Part shown: positions 13,480-26,200 of the stretch, one piece after another
How the letters are laid out: each line of letters begins with the position of its first letter
How positions within the stretch are numbered: position 1 is the first letter of the stretch
Assembly: GCF_021869535.1 (NCBI RefSeq)
Contig: NW_026262723.1
Coordinates: 56,668,001-56,732,000 of the forward strand
Length of the DNA: 64,000 nucleotides
Direction: 5' to 3'
DNA from: Mytilus californianus
Taxonomy: Eukaryota
Program-made: the position numbers and the translations under genes
Notes under the pieces: model-generated
What the model was told of the DNA's origin: nothing
What the model saw: only the letters and a program-made list of their open reading frames with translations
Database searches by the model: none

Positions 13480-16100
13480 ATATTGTCTAGGTGTTTGTTC
13501 AAAAGCAGAACATCGTTTTAGTAAGATTTTATTTAGTATATATTAATTAGTATCTGTTAGTGAGTAAATACGAAGGTAGCATGTAGGCAACACAATTATC
13601 ATGAACACACGTATCAGAAACGATTCTTTAAACAGGTCAAGACCACAAACGTTCTGAAGTTATAATACATTTGTATAGTAAATTCCCAAATTCCTTGAAC
13701 ATAAATTGATCAAACGAGACAACGAATCACAATGCTTCGTGGGCGACTACGGGTTTTCTTTTTGTTGAAAAGTTTCATTATGTATTGTATTTCGGAATTT
13801 CATATTTGATTCTGTTCTCGATATAATTTACTACATGTAGTCAATAAAGAGTAATATACAATTTGCATGCTTAGATTTAAAAAAAAAATTTTTTATCTGC
13901 TTTAGCATTCGACAATTTTTTCGTCTTGTAAAAGTAGTAAAGAACAGGTTTTGTCTATTGGTATGCACTGTACCCGTGCATTCATTTCATATGAAATTAA
14001 ATAACGAAGGGCTCATTATCCAGTAAAACTCTTTTGAACTCTTCAGATCAGCTCAAATATTTTAAAGGAATGAGTAACATGATAAAAAGAAGAGAAACCG
14101 TGTTTGTGGTGTTTGGCCTTTTTCAAAACAAAGTTATATATACAGGACTCGAACAAACAACAATTGAGGATGACTGAAAGTATATTATCATAAACTAATT
14201 AAACAATTACAGAGACAATAAGTATTTACTGTACAACAATGGTACTGCAATGTTTAGTGCATGTCGTAATACTAGATAACATTTTCTGATAATTTCTGAG
14301 GTTGTGCAGCACCTTGCTTTAAGGTTTGGGACAATGGCATTTCATTACGTTTAATTGACATCTGCGGTGACGGAAATAGGTTTAATACAAAAAAATAAAG
14401 ATTTGTCGGACGGGTGCATTTTACGAATATTCGACATTATTCTGTCCCTATTTTACGAATAAAACGAAATGTTCAAGAGCCTCCTCCCGTTTGCAAAGTC
14501 TGAATGCAAGTACAACTAGTTATTTTTTAGGATTTTTGGTTGCTGTCTCGATAACGAATGACTTGTGTAATTAATAAAATACAATATTGCTATGGTTCAA
14601 GTATTTTCAACACATTTTTGTTAGGACAGAAGCATTTTCCGTTAATCTGACCATAGAATTAAAACTGTATCTCATGGGTTGTAAATCTAATCACACAACA
14701 AGAAAGATGGAACATTTTTCCTGCAATCAGCTGTGAAAAATTGCATTGTATGTCATTAAAAAACACCTGTTCAAGCAAATTTTAAACACGTAGTAGTCCG
14801 TCATGCATTGCAACTCATTCAACTGATTGGTCAAAGACCCTCAACTGGTGAAACTAAAAAAGGATTATGTTAACAAACAATTATGCTGGCGGGAACATAA
14901 ATCTAGTGTGCTAAATTAAGCAAGTATACCCGACCTATTGACCGGTTCAGTAAAGAGAGGTCTCTTTCATTAAGTAATAATAAAACTATGGGTACTGTAA
15001 ATAAAAATACTATCAAAGCGATAATCAGCTATGATATTTGTTTCGGGTGGGATAGTACGATTTCGTGATCTTTTAAGCAATGATGAGAATCAAGTTATTT
15101 ATAAAAGAAAAGATTTGTATCATTAACTGACGTTTCCAGTATTGTTTGTGTGACCAAGTATTGTGTGTTGGCGTTTTAAAATTAGGCATCATATTTAACA
15201 AAATCTACCGTCCTGTTTCTAAAACGTCAAATTAAGGAAAAAAAACAAATTATCTGTTTCTTCAACGCCTGTAGGTTGGAGGTTTTTTGTAATACAAAAA
15301 TAAGGAGATGTATTAAGATTGCCAATGATACAACTTTCCAACAGAGTTCAAATGAAATTTAAGCACATATAGACTACCGTACGGCCTTCAACAATAAGAC
15401 AATAACTTTATAGCTTCGTCGGCTATAAAAGGCCCCGACATGAAAAATGTACAACAATTCAGACGAGAACCCTAACGGTTTAATGTATTACTAAAGAAGT
15501 TACGAAAAATACATATGACATACATGAACCAACGGGAATCACTGAACTACAATCTCCAGACATAGGAAAGTCACATTAAAAAGATGCTTGTGAGCGCTCA
15601 TTCCTCCCCGAACCTGGAACAATGGTGAAACAGCACAGCATTGGTAAAACTGGAAAAATTAGTTGCAATTGGCCCAAATCAAAAGATCGGCACTTGGAGC
15701 AAAAACAAGTTACATAAAACAATAGACACAAAGTGCAGTTACTGAACTTTAGTTAAAAGACAATTACAACTAATTTATAAATCATGTTCTCTTAGACTAG
15801 AGTATCAAACTAAATTTATTATGCCCTCCTCTTTCATCTCTCTATTTTTGAAATTGTTTTGTCATGGACAAGACATTTGTAAGTTGTGAAACGTTTGTTT
15901 CGTCCAACCGTATATACAGTTTAGTGTTATATGCTTAACTAACTGTCTGTTTTGTTTCTTAACTTGAGATTTTCTTTCCCCTTTATATAAACGTACCTAA
16001 TGAATTCTTTCACTTTATATGATGTAATGAAATATTGAAACTGCAGTTTTAAACGTAGAGCATGTAAATTTATTAATTACACTGCTACAATATATATATA
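13480..16100 (+). pseudogene. Interrupted TLR-like N-terminal fragment
   Basis: KVACRQHN at about 13575; 14980-15240 matches 4350-4620 and 15830-16000 matches 4720-4930; interrupted by a repeat at 15297-15810. Confidence 0.48.
15297..15810 (+). mobile_element. Abundant non-autonomous interspersed repeat (Mytilus-type family A)
   Basis: aaaataaggagatg..attgccaatga..caact start and tacggccttcaacaat/ggctataaaaggccccga core; more than 12 copies in the window; class unassigned. Confidence 0.8.
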
Positions 16101-16189
16101 TATGAAAAGAACGTGTACAAGTCCTTTTACAAATCATAATATTTCAACAAATACCCATAATTGAAAATTCTTTATCAGACCCGTTCCCT

Positions 16190-16700
16190 TAAGGAATGAC
16201 CTGGGAATATAAATATGGTCACTTTTGATCTACCGCCGACCTGCAGTATAAAGCTTGCCAACGGGGGCGTGCGTTTGGTTGTGTGGGATGTATAAATATA
16301 CAGTGACGTACGGTCAGAAATGTGACGTAAAATCCGAAGCCTCGTGTAGGAAAGTTTACGACGCTCTATGTACGATAAGACTACTTGTAAAGATCTTTTA
16401 AGCGGTCCGTGGGTGGCCTCATCCAATATACACTTACTCTCTGGCAAGAGTCCAAATTTCCAGCCCGTCATCCCTTTCAACCTCTATTACAGGATCTACC
16501 TATTGTATTTTATTGTTAATTGTACTCGATAACATACATGAAATATTTGCCACTGAGCGTTTAGCAAACAACAATAAATCATTAATCAGGAACGACAAAA
16601 AGGGTTAAATGTGGTCATCCAGCAGTTACTCCATTATCTTAAGAGTGTGGAACCAGGTGGCTTTGTGCCAGAGCTCCTGTGTTCGACCCGACTAGTAAAG
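16190..16700 (+). mobile_element. SINE copy plus a second SINE head
   Basis: gacgtaaaatccgaagcctcgtgt core and tail gaaatatttgccactgagcgtttagcaaacaacaat; the following head gtggctttgtgccagagctcctgtgttcgaccc is B-box-like. Confidence 0.6.
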
Positions 16701-17395
16701 TAATTATTTTTGAAGAAAACTATAGAATTGTGGACAAATGAGAAGGTGCGATATGGTCACCTCTTTGGTCTCTTGATTCGAAATTTATCTTGCAAAACTT
16801 TAGATTTTCACTGATCGTTATTCTGTCAGACATCAGTAGTAATATATTTAATCTTACTTTACAGATAGACCTTCGCACTTTCTTGTTTATGGAAAAACTA
16901 CTAAATATATATCATATTGATACATTAAAGGAATATGTTATAGCACAAATTGTAATTCAGAAGGATCCAGAATTCTCATTGTACAAACTCGAATTTTCAA
17001 AATCTATTTTTAAAAATTTGGATATATAGATTTGTACTAGGAGGACTCTGGATTGTACTAAATTTCTAGTATGGACCAGGATATTACAAAAAAACAACAA
17101 TAAGTAAGTATGATTATGCATTCTTCTGGTTTTATTATTTTTACTGGTGCATTTGATAAGTAGAAATAAACAAAATAAATGATAATATAATCCACTTTTT
17201 ATATGTTATTTCAAACAAAATATGGTAAAACAAATAAACTTTCGGGAAATTCTTTTTTATGCAAATAGTATTTACTAATATTTTTATTATGATATTTTGA
17301 TAACCAAACAATGTTGACTTTGAAACACGAAAAGAGTTCTGACAGGGAAATAGTTTTTTTGGTAAATTAACAAAATTGTCTTCTGAATATAAACT

Positions 17396-19150
17396 TATGA
17401 TTATGGTGCTGTGATAATTAGTTAAAATTGAAAGACTATTGGAAAAAGGCTCTGCTGTAAAATTAATTATTGGATAATGATCACCGGATAACCCAATTTC
17501 TACCAAATTTATAATTGTAATTCCGATTTGTACTTCCTATTGAATTCCAATTTGTACTGTAACCAACACATAGCTAGATCTTCCTATTGGCAGTAAGATA
17601 GTGGAAACAGCTTTTTCAAAAAGGTTGTTTGCCAGCAATGTTTTAAACAGGTCCGTAAATCTTAATATAAATAATCCAAAATGTGTGACCAAGACTATTG
17701 CTCACTTTAAAACTAAATTATACATGTTATATATGTAAACGAGCTGTTTTTCATTGTATCTATCCAAGCGTTAGCATTCTAGTCACAATAATCTGTATTT
17801 TCAGCTTGGTATGAATATGAATTTTAGTTCTGACAAATTTACAGATCCAAACAAAAGTATAGATGTGTAAATTATTTTATATTATTCAGGCAATTTTAAA
17901 TTATCTTCACTAAAATTTTACGACTTGACTCCAATTCATATGTAGTATGTCGTGTCAAAGTTTAATTCTAAAGTCAATTTCATTGAATGGCGTTTTAAAA
18001 TGAGATTCGATTGATTCTAAAACCCACCCATAAGTTCTAAAAATAAAGCACCTGCTAAAATGAACTATTCATAAAAATAAGTTATAATAGACAAGCCTGA
18101 TAATTATATATTTATTCAAATAACTATGCAAATGAGAATCGCCGCTATCATTTCTTTGACAGGTACATTTGTGAACGTTTTGATAGTAAAAATAAAGAAA
18201 AACAATATCATATTGTAAATTTAACGCTTTTAAATTATAAAGGAAAATTATTTCATCAATATTATGATGCTGTGATGTTTAGTTAAGATTGAAAGACTTT
18301 TGGAAAAAGTATCTGCTGTAAAATTAACTTCGATAATAATCACCGATTAACCCATTTTCTACTTAATTTCTAATTTGAATTCCGATTTGTACTTCCTATT
18401 GAATTCCAGTTTGTACTGTAACCAACACATAGCTAGATCTTCCTATTGGCGGTAAGATAGTGGAAACAGCTTTTTCAAAAAGATTGTTTGCCAGAAACTA
18501 TTTAAACAGGTCAATAAATCTTGATACTAGGTTTAAATAATCCAAAATGTTTGACCAAGGCTATTGCTCATATCAAAAATTACTAAATTATATATGCTAC
18601 CACATCTTCTTATTTATATATATGTAAACGAGCTGTTTTTCATTGTATCTATCCAAGCGTTAGCATTCTTCGTCACAATATTCTGTATTTTTAGCTTGGT
18701 ATGAATATGAATTTTAGTTCTGACAAATTTACAAATCCAAACAAAAATATGAAGATAAAAATAATTTTATATTATTCAGGCAATTTTAAATTATCTTCTC
18801 TAAAATTTTACAACTTGACTCCTATTGGTATGTAGTATGTCGTGTCAAAGTGTAATTCTAAAGTCAATTTCATTGAATAGCGTTTTAAAAGAAGATTCGA
18901 TTGATCCTCATACCTGTCCATAATTTCTGAAATATAAAGCAACTGCTTAAATGAACTATTCATAAAAATAAGGTATAATAGACAAGCTTGATAATTATAT
19001 ATTTATTCAGATAACTATGCAAATGAGAATCACCGATATCATTTCTTTGACAGGTACCTTTTTTGACGTATTAATAGTAAAAAAAAAGAACAACAATGTC
19101 ACATTGTTAATTTAAAGCATTTAAATTATAAAGAAAAACTATTTCATCAA
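17396..19150. repeat. Internal tandem duplication of about 865 bp (17396-18258, 18259-19150)
   Basis: Two diverged units; a single unit is present in copy B at about 24905-25750. Confidence 0.88.
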
Positions 19151-19475
19151 AGTATTATTAATATATATAAAACTATTTAAATGAACTTAAAAAAGTTCTA
19201 ATTATAACTTATAAGTGTACATATCATTACTTACCATTTTTGTAAAACTGCGGTCTAAAAATATCTTTGTAACCCAAAAGCAGTAGAAAATACTTTTTAA
19301 GGGAATGTAATTATTTTTTGGCTGCTATTTAGTTAATGCGCATGCGTATTTGTCAAGAACACAAGTCAGTTTTAATATAGTTAAAAGGCAACCTGGTATA
19401 TCAAAGATCATAAACTAAAGATAAAACGTTTGATAAAAACAAAAAAGCGATACAAACACCAGAATTCAATTTTGC

Positions 19476-19870
19476 TTACTGGTCAAAATCATGTGTATTC
19501 ACTGATTTTAATTTTTCCTTACAGTTTCAATTATTAAGGAACATTGTTTACTAATATACATTAGCGTTTTTTTTTTTTGTATTTAGGTGGGGGTCGGGGG
19601 AGGGGGGGAGGAGGGTATCTTGTATTTGTTTTATTTATAAGCAATTTCTTAACAAAGAATGGGATGTTCCGAATCCTGGTCCTGTGAAATGTTCCATTCT
19701 TCTCACTGGTCAAAGGCATGTGTATTCACTGATTTAAATTTTTCCTTAAAGTATAATTATAAATGAAGATTGTTTGCTAATATACAGTGACGTTTTTGTA
19801 AAAGGGGGGTTTAATCTTGTATTTGTTTTATTTGTAAGCAATTTCTTAACAAGCAAAGAATGGGATGTTA
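19476..19870. repeat. About 225-bp tandem duplication
   Basis: actggtcaaa..catgtgtattcactgatt at 19478 and 19705, and again at 26081 and 26292. Confidence 0.75.
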
Positions 19871-20204
19871 TTTTCTTTTATTTGGGTACTGTTTACATAA
19901 TTGAAAGGTAAAAATAAAGAAAAATTGACAGGTATAAATAAGGAGAAGTTGACAGGTAAAAATTAAGAAAAATTGAAAAGTATAAAAAGGAGAAGTTGAG
20001 AGGTTTAATTAAGGAGAAGTTGGGTCAGGATCAAAGACATTATTTTCCTTTGGAGTACAAATCAAGATAAATGTATTCTATTCATAAATAAATGAACACT
20101 TATACCCTAAAGGGATTGATGAAATAAGCGCAGAACAACTACCACAAATGCAAGACTATACATTTAACAGGACCATACATTGAAAACATAAACACATGTA
20201 TTAG

Positions 20205-20575
20205 ATATAGTCTTTTCATATCTGAGTGGCGTCAGCCACGGAGGTATGAGAGAATTTATATCTACTTTACAAAGAACTGATACTATTGATAAATGATAAC
20301 ACTTGTATGTAAAATTCTGACAATATTAATACTTATATTGAAGTGTTATAATTTATCAGCAAAAAAATCAGGATTTGATAATTAAACCCGAAAAAGACAA
20401 GATAGTACAGCAATTCATATTGCCATACAAAAGCTGTTTTAAGTTACATGTATCAATTTGTTGACAGCAAAACAAGTTGCTCTTTTCAAAATAGAGAAAC
20501 GATTTGATAATTATTCATTACTGCTATGTCTCATATCTTCGTGGCTTACGCATCTGATATATGAGAAGACTTATT
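20205..20575. mobile_element. MITE-like element with about 50-bp imperfect TIRs (also at about 26783-27150)
   Basis: atagtcttttcatatctgagtggcgtcagccacggaggtatgaga pairs with the reverse complement of tctcatatcttcgtggcttacgcatctgatatatgagaagact. Confidence 0.6.
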
Positions 20576-21799
20576 TAATACTTATGCAGGTGTTGAGACC
20601 ACACTCCTAAATGTCAATGATGACGTGTTAACGAATCTAATGACAAGCAGCATAAATGTACGCGATAACAATATTAATGGTCATTTAAAATTTGCACGAT
20701 GACAAAATTAATGGCAATTTAGTTTTTTAAGAAAACTGTGTTGATCCCGGTTAGATAATGTAAATATCCTTTATCGTATCTGTGTTGAAATTAAATTATA
20801 TGAAAATAAAATTTGCAAATGCACTACGTCCGAAATGTTTTTTTTTTTTCTTCTAGATTTACCGTCATCAAGAACACTCCAACCCAATATTTGAAAGTCA
20901 GGGATGTATATATACCTGTATACGTAAGGAGCATGATAAATACAAAGTATACGGTACTCAAAAACTGAATTCAGTTGCTATATCAAAGAAGAAAAAGCAG
21001 CTTTGTGACCAAAAGTAGCTTAAAGAGAATAATCGAATTCATGTCAGGCCAATTTTGCCTTAGGGAGATGGAATTTAATAAAATTATTTTTAAAAATTAT
21101 TTTAGTACCGAAGTAATGACTACTGAACTGATGATACCCCCGCGGGTAACAGTCCACCAGCAAACGACCAAGTGTTTGAAAATGAAAAAATAGATGATTG
21201 CAATAAAGATTCTAGGGTATAATCTCGGTAGAGGTTTATTTTTCTATCAATGTGAAAATTATATTGTTTGCATAGCTGGGTCATTTTCAAAATATGTCAA
21301 ATTTTTAAATTGCAAAATTGAATTCAAGTTACTTATTCAAACAACCCTCTTCATAAGCAAACCAAAACAAACAGTACTTATGGAACAACATATAAAAAGA
21401 CGTAATCTTGATAATTTCACACAAGAATATATTGAAACATTTTTTGATAGGTGGTGCAATATTTTGTCTCTCCTATAGCCATGTTCATGAGAAAATTTCG
21501 GGTTATTTAGAAAATATTTCGATAAAATTTTAAGCTTGTTTTTCATAGCCAATAAGATGGTTTTCAAGAATAAAAACATCTATATATTTTCATTTTGTGT
21601 AATGATAGATTATTTGTCAATGTTCCATGTTGAACTGAAAAATACCTCTAAAGATTGGTTTTCAAAGGTTATAAAAAAAAACACCAGCAACGCAAGTCTA
21701 AGATTGTAATTCAAAATGATCAGCATTTTTTTTCTCTTTCTAATAAACTTAACATCAAGTAATTTCCTCGCATGTTGGTTTACTTTGTCTTTTTTTTTG

Positions 21800-22630
21800 T
21801 AACAGCAATGTACATTAACGACATATCACCATATTAATGTCTATCCTGTAACCCTTTTTTTTGTATATCCTGTTACCGATAGCAGTATTGCATGTGTATA
21901 TGCAAAATTGAGACGATTAAGACGTTGTAACCTTTAAATGAGTACAAACAACCAAACATTTCATGGTGTGTAAAACTATATGTAATTATATACTTTTTAA
22001 AGACGTGTCTGTCAAATATTGTCTATCCTATTACTGTAACCATAGTAACCATAGTAACAGGATAGACAATTTTTTTTCATTTATGAATGCTGTTGTGAAA
22101 TAAATACTCCCTTTGATGAAGTGATAATGTTTTTCTGTTGTGATTTTGGTTGCCAGCACGTAATTTCACTTTTTAAAAGTATAATATTGGTATAATTAAT
22201 AAATATGTTGGTAACAGCACAGACATAACAAAAGGGTACCCACTAATTTTTGTCACTAAATGTTTTGAATTTTTTTTTTCTCTACACTGTTATGCAAGAA
22301 ATGTGTTAACTTTTTAGGATTAAATGTGCTTTTTGAAATCATCACTGAATAATTCCATATTCATAGGGAGAAACGGTTGATTTAATAGCGGTAACAGGAT
22401 AGACATGCATTTCATGTACGCCGATTGAAATCAGTTTGTAGAAAAAATGTTACATAAAATAATAAAGAAGCTGTGATTTTTCGTTAGATTTATTATTAAC
22501 ATTCTAAAATAGTTCCTTTTGCAGATATCAAGGCAATCAGAAAATTAGAAAAAAAAAATTGAAATCGGTTACCCTGACATTGTACGCACATAAATTACGC
22601 AAAAATCTGACTTAAATATATTTTAATCTT
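21800..22630. mobile_element. About 830-bp segment present only in duplication copy A
   Basis: Absent between the matched flanks at about 28250; carries repeated tgtctatcctgttacc / ggtaacaggatagaca motifs in both orientations. Confidence 0.6.
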
Positions 22631-23215
22631 ATCAAAATAAATCTAAGTCGTGTTTATTATTGATGTTCCGACTCATAAATCCTACAAACTTTTATTAAAA
22701 CACAACTGCATTTTCCTTTTAAAATATTTTTTTTAGTATAGGTGTACTGAAAATTCGAAATTGTTTTTAAATGACCAAGCTGTTTAATTTGGGACACAAT
22801 AAGAAAATTTCAAGGTTACAAATAAGACACGCCTTCAAGTTAATGTGAAAATAACCGTTAAAGCGGTGAATAAACAAGAATGGCTGATTGACGTTAATTA
22901 GGTAAATCGGTTAAGAAAAATAGGTAGTCAAATTGTAAATTATAATATGATAGTCCAGGGCCATACAATATTTAGATAATCTAAATAACAATAGAAATGT
23001 TAAGTTTGACTTTATTTGATTTAAATAACACAACTTGTTTTGTTTCCGTCTTGTTGATCTTCGTGAATGATGGACAGGTTGACCATTGATTCATTCAGTC
23101 AAAATAGCCACGAGTTCTCGAAAAGATCAAGTTCGAAGGTCGTTGTACATGTACAAAAATAATATGAATGTATGCGAACAATAAACGATACAATTTTGGG
23201 TTATTATTCAAACGA

Positions 23216-26200
23216 TCAGCTGTGAAAATTGCATTGTATGTCATTAAAAAACACGTGGTCAAGGCAAATTTTAAACACGTAGTAGTTCGTCATGCATTAC
23301 AACTCATTGAACTGATTGGTCAAAGACCCTGGTGAAACTAAAAAAGACTTACGTCAACAAACAATTATGCTGGCGGGAACATAAATCTAGTGTGCTAAAT
23401 TAAGCATACACGTATAAGATAGTATACCCCACCTATTGACCGGTTCAGTAAAGAGAGGTTTCTTTCATTAAGTAATAATAAAACTATGAGTACTGTAAAT
23501 AAAAGATACTATCAAAGCGATAATCAGCTATGATATTAGTTTCGGCTGGGATAGTACGATTTCGTGATCTTTCAAGCAATGATGAGAATCAAGTTATTAA
23601 CAAAAGAAAAGATTTGTATCATTAACTGACGTTTCCAGTATTGTTTGTTTGACCAAGATTAGGTTCAAGGTTTTTTTTCCACCAGAGTTCAATTGAAATT
23701 TAAGCACATATAGACCACCGTACGGCCTTCAACAATAAGACAATAACTTTACAGTTTAGTCGGCTATAAAAGGCCTCGACATGAAAAATGTAAAAGCCCG
23801 TCATCCCTTTCAACCTCTATTACCGGATCTACTTATTGCATTTTATTGTTAATTGTACTCGATAAGATACATGAAATATTTGCCACTGAGCGTTTAGCAA
23901 AAAACAATAAATCATTAATCAGGAACGACAAAAAGGGTTAAATGTGGTCATCCAGCAGTTATTCTATTATCTTAAGAGTGTGGAACCAGGTGGCTTTGTG
24001 CCAGAGCTCCCGTGTTCGACCCCCGACTAGTAAAGTAATAATTGTTAAAGAAAACCATAGAATTGTGGACAAAGAAGAAAGTGCGATATCGTCGCCTCTT
24101 TGGTCTCTTGATACGAAAATTTGTAAAAATTTAGATTTTTAATGATCGTTATTGTGTCAGACATCAGTGATAATATCTTTAATTTTACTTTACAGATAGA
24201 CCTTCGCACTTTCTTGTTTATGGAAAAACTACTAAATATATATTATCTTGATACATTAAAGGAATATGTTATAGTACAAATTGTAATTCAGTAGGATCCA
24301 GAATCCTCCTTGTAAAAACTCGAATTCAAAAATCTATTTTTAGAAATTTGGATATATAGATTTGTACTAGGAGGACTCTGGATTGTACTAAGTTTCTAGT
24401 ATGAACCAGGATATTACTAAAAAAACAACAAGTAAGTATAATTATGCATTCTTCTGGTTTTATTATTTTAACTGGTGCACTTGATAAGCAGAAATAAACA
24501 AAATAAATGATAATATAGTCTACATTTTATGTTATTTCAAACAAAATATTGTAAAACAAATAAACTTTCGGGAAATTCTTTTTTATGAAAATAATATTTA
24601 CTAATACTTTTATTATGATATTTTGATAACCGAACAATTTTGACTTTGAAACATGAAAAGAGTTCTGACAGGAAAAAAGTTTTTCCGTAAATTAACAAAA
24701 TTGCCTTCTGAATATTCATTTTGAGACATTTTTGAAAATCTAACATATTATTGATAAATTTTGTATCAAAGTACATCTTGAACATAAATGTGTATCTGAT
24801 AGACAGGATATAATACACTAAGTATCTATAATTTGATCTAATGTTTACGATAACATATACATTAAAGTGTTATTTTAACATTTTTAAGAACATCATATAA
24901 ACTTATGATTATGGTGCTGTGATGTTAAGTTAAAATTGAAAGATGTTTGCAAAAAGGTTCTGCTGTATAATTAATTCATAGATAATGAACTCCAGATAAC
25001 CTAATTTCTACCAGTAGTACTTCCTATTAAATTACAATTTCTACTGTAACCAACACATAGCTAGATCTTCCTATTGGCAGTAAGATAGTGGAAACAGCTT
25101 TTTCAAAAAGATTGTTTGCCAAAAATGTTTTTAACAGGTCCGTAAATCTTGATATAAATAATAAAGATGTTTGACCAAGGCTATTGCTCACATTAAAATA
25201 ACTAAATTATACATGCTATATTTGTAAACGAGCTGTTTTTCATTGTTTCTACCCCAGCGTTAGCATTCTTAGTCCCAATAATCTGTATTTTCAGCTTGGT
25301 ATGAATATGAATGTTAGTTCTGACAAATTTACAAATCCAAACAAAAATATAAAGATGAAAATTATTTTATATTATTCAGGCAATCTTAAATTATCTTCAC
25401 TAAAATTTTACAACTTTACTGCTATTGGTATGTAGTATGTCGTATCAAAGTGTAATTCTAAAGTCAATTTCATTGAATAGCGTTTTAAAGGGAGATTCGA
25501 TTGATCCACAAACCCGTCCATAATTTCTTAAAAAAAAGCACCTGCTAAAATGAACTATTCATAAAAAAAGGTATAATAGACAAGCTTGATAATTTATATT
25601 TATTCAGATTACTATGCAAATGAGAATCGCCGTTAATATTTCTTTGACAGGTACACTGTTTAACGTTTTAATGGTAAAAATAAAGAACAACAATGTCACA
25701 TTGATAATTTAAAGCATTTAAATTATAAAGGAAAACTATTTCATCTAAGTATTATCAATATATATAAACCTATTTAAATGAACTTAAAAAAGTTCTAATT
25801 ATAATTCATAAATGTACATATCATTACTCACCATTCTTGTCTAATTGCGGTCTAAAAAATCTTTGTAACCCAAAAGCTGCAGAAAATACTGTTAAAGAGG
25901 ATGTAATTATTTTTTTTTGCGGCTATTTATTTAATGTGCATGCGTATTAGTCAAGAACACACGTCAGTTTTGGTATAGTTAAAGGGAACCTGATATATCC
26001 AAGATCATAAACGTAAGATAAAACGTTTGCTTAAAATAAAAAAACAATACAAACACCAGATCTAGAAGTCCTTATTGCTTACTGGTCAAAATCATGTGTA
26101 TTCACTGATTTTAATTTTTCTTTACAGTTTCAATTATAAATGAAAATTGTTTACTAATAAACATTGGCGTTTTTGTATTTGGGTAAAAGGGGGGGGGGTA

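Larger units (their letters stand above)
16690..22800 (-). pseudogene. Toll-like receptor pseudogene C (near full-length, interrupted)
   Basis: Minus-strand translation. LRRs: LNSISLRQN (about 21080-21050) and ISLYSEDNFVNLPKKLF in ORF 17141-17506. LRR-CT: CFKVNIVWL. EEC/SYLLIVVFFVISWSIL (TM, about 17125-17060). An RF*K/IR juxtamembrane remnant. TIR: YDIYL (16916-16902) and LKFCKINFESRDQRGDHIAPSHLSTIL*FSSKIITLL (16803-16693). Confidence 0.72.
14726..23215 (+). repeat. Tandem segmental duplication, copy A (8490 bp)
   Basis: Starts atcagctgtgaaaa(a)ttgcattg as at 23215 and ends ttgggttatt(a/g)ttcaaacga as at 28840; about 90% identity by eye. Confidence 0.92.
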
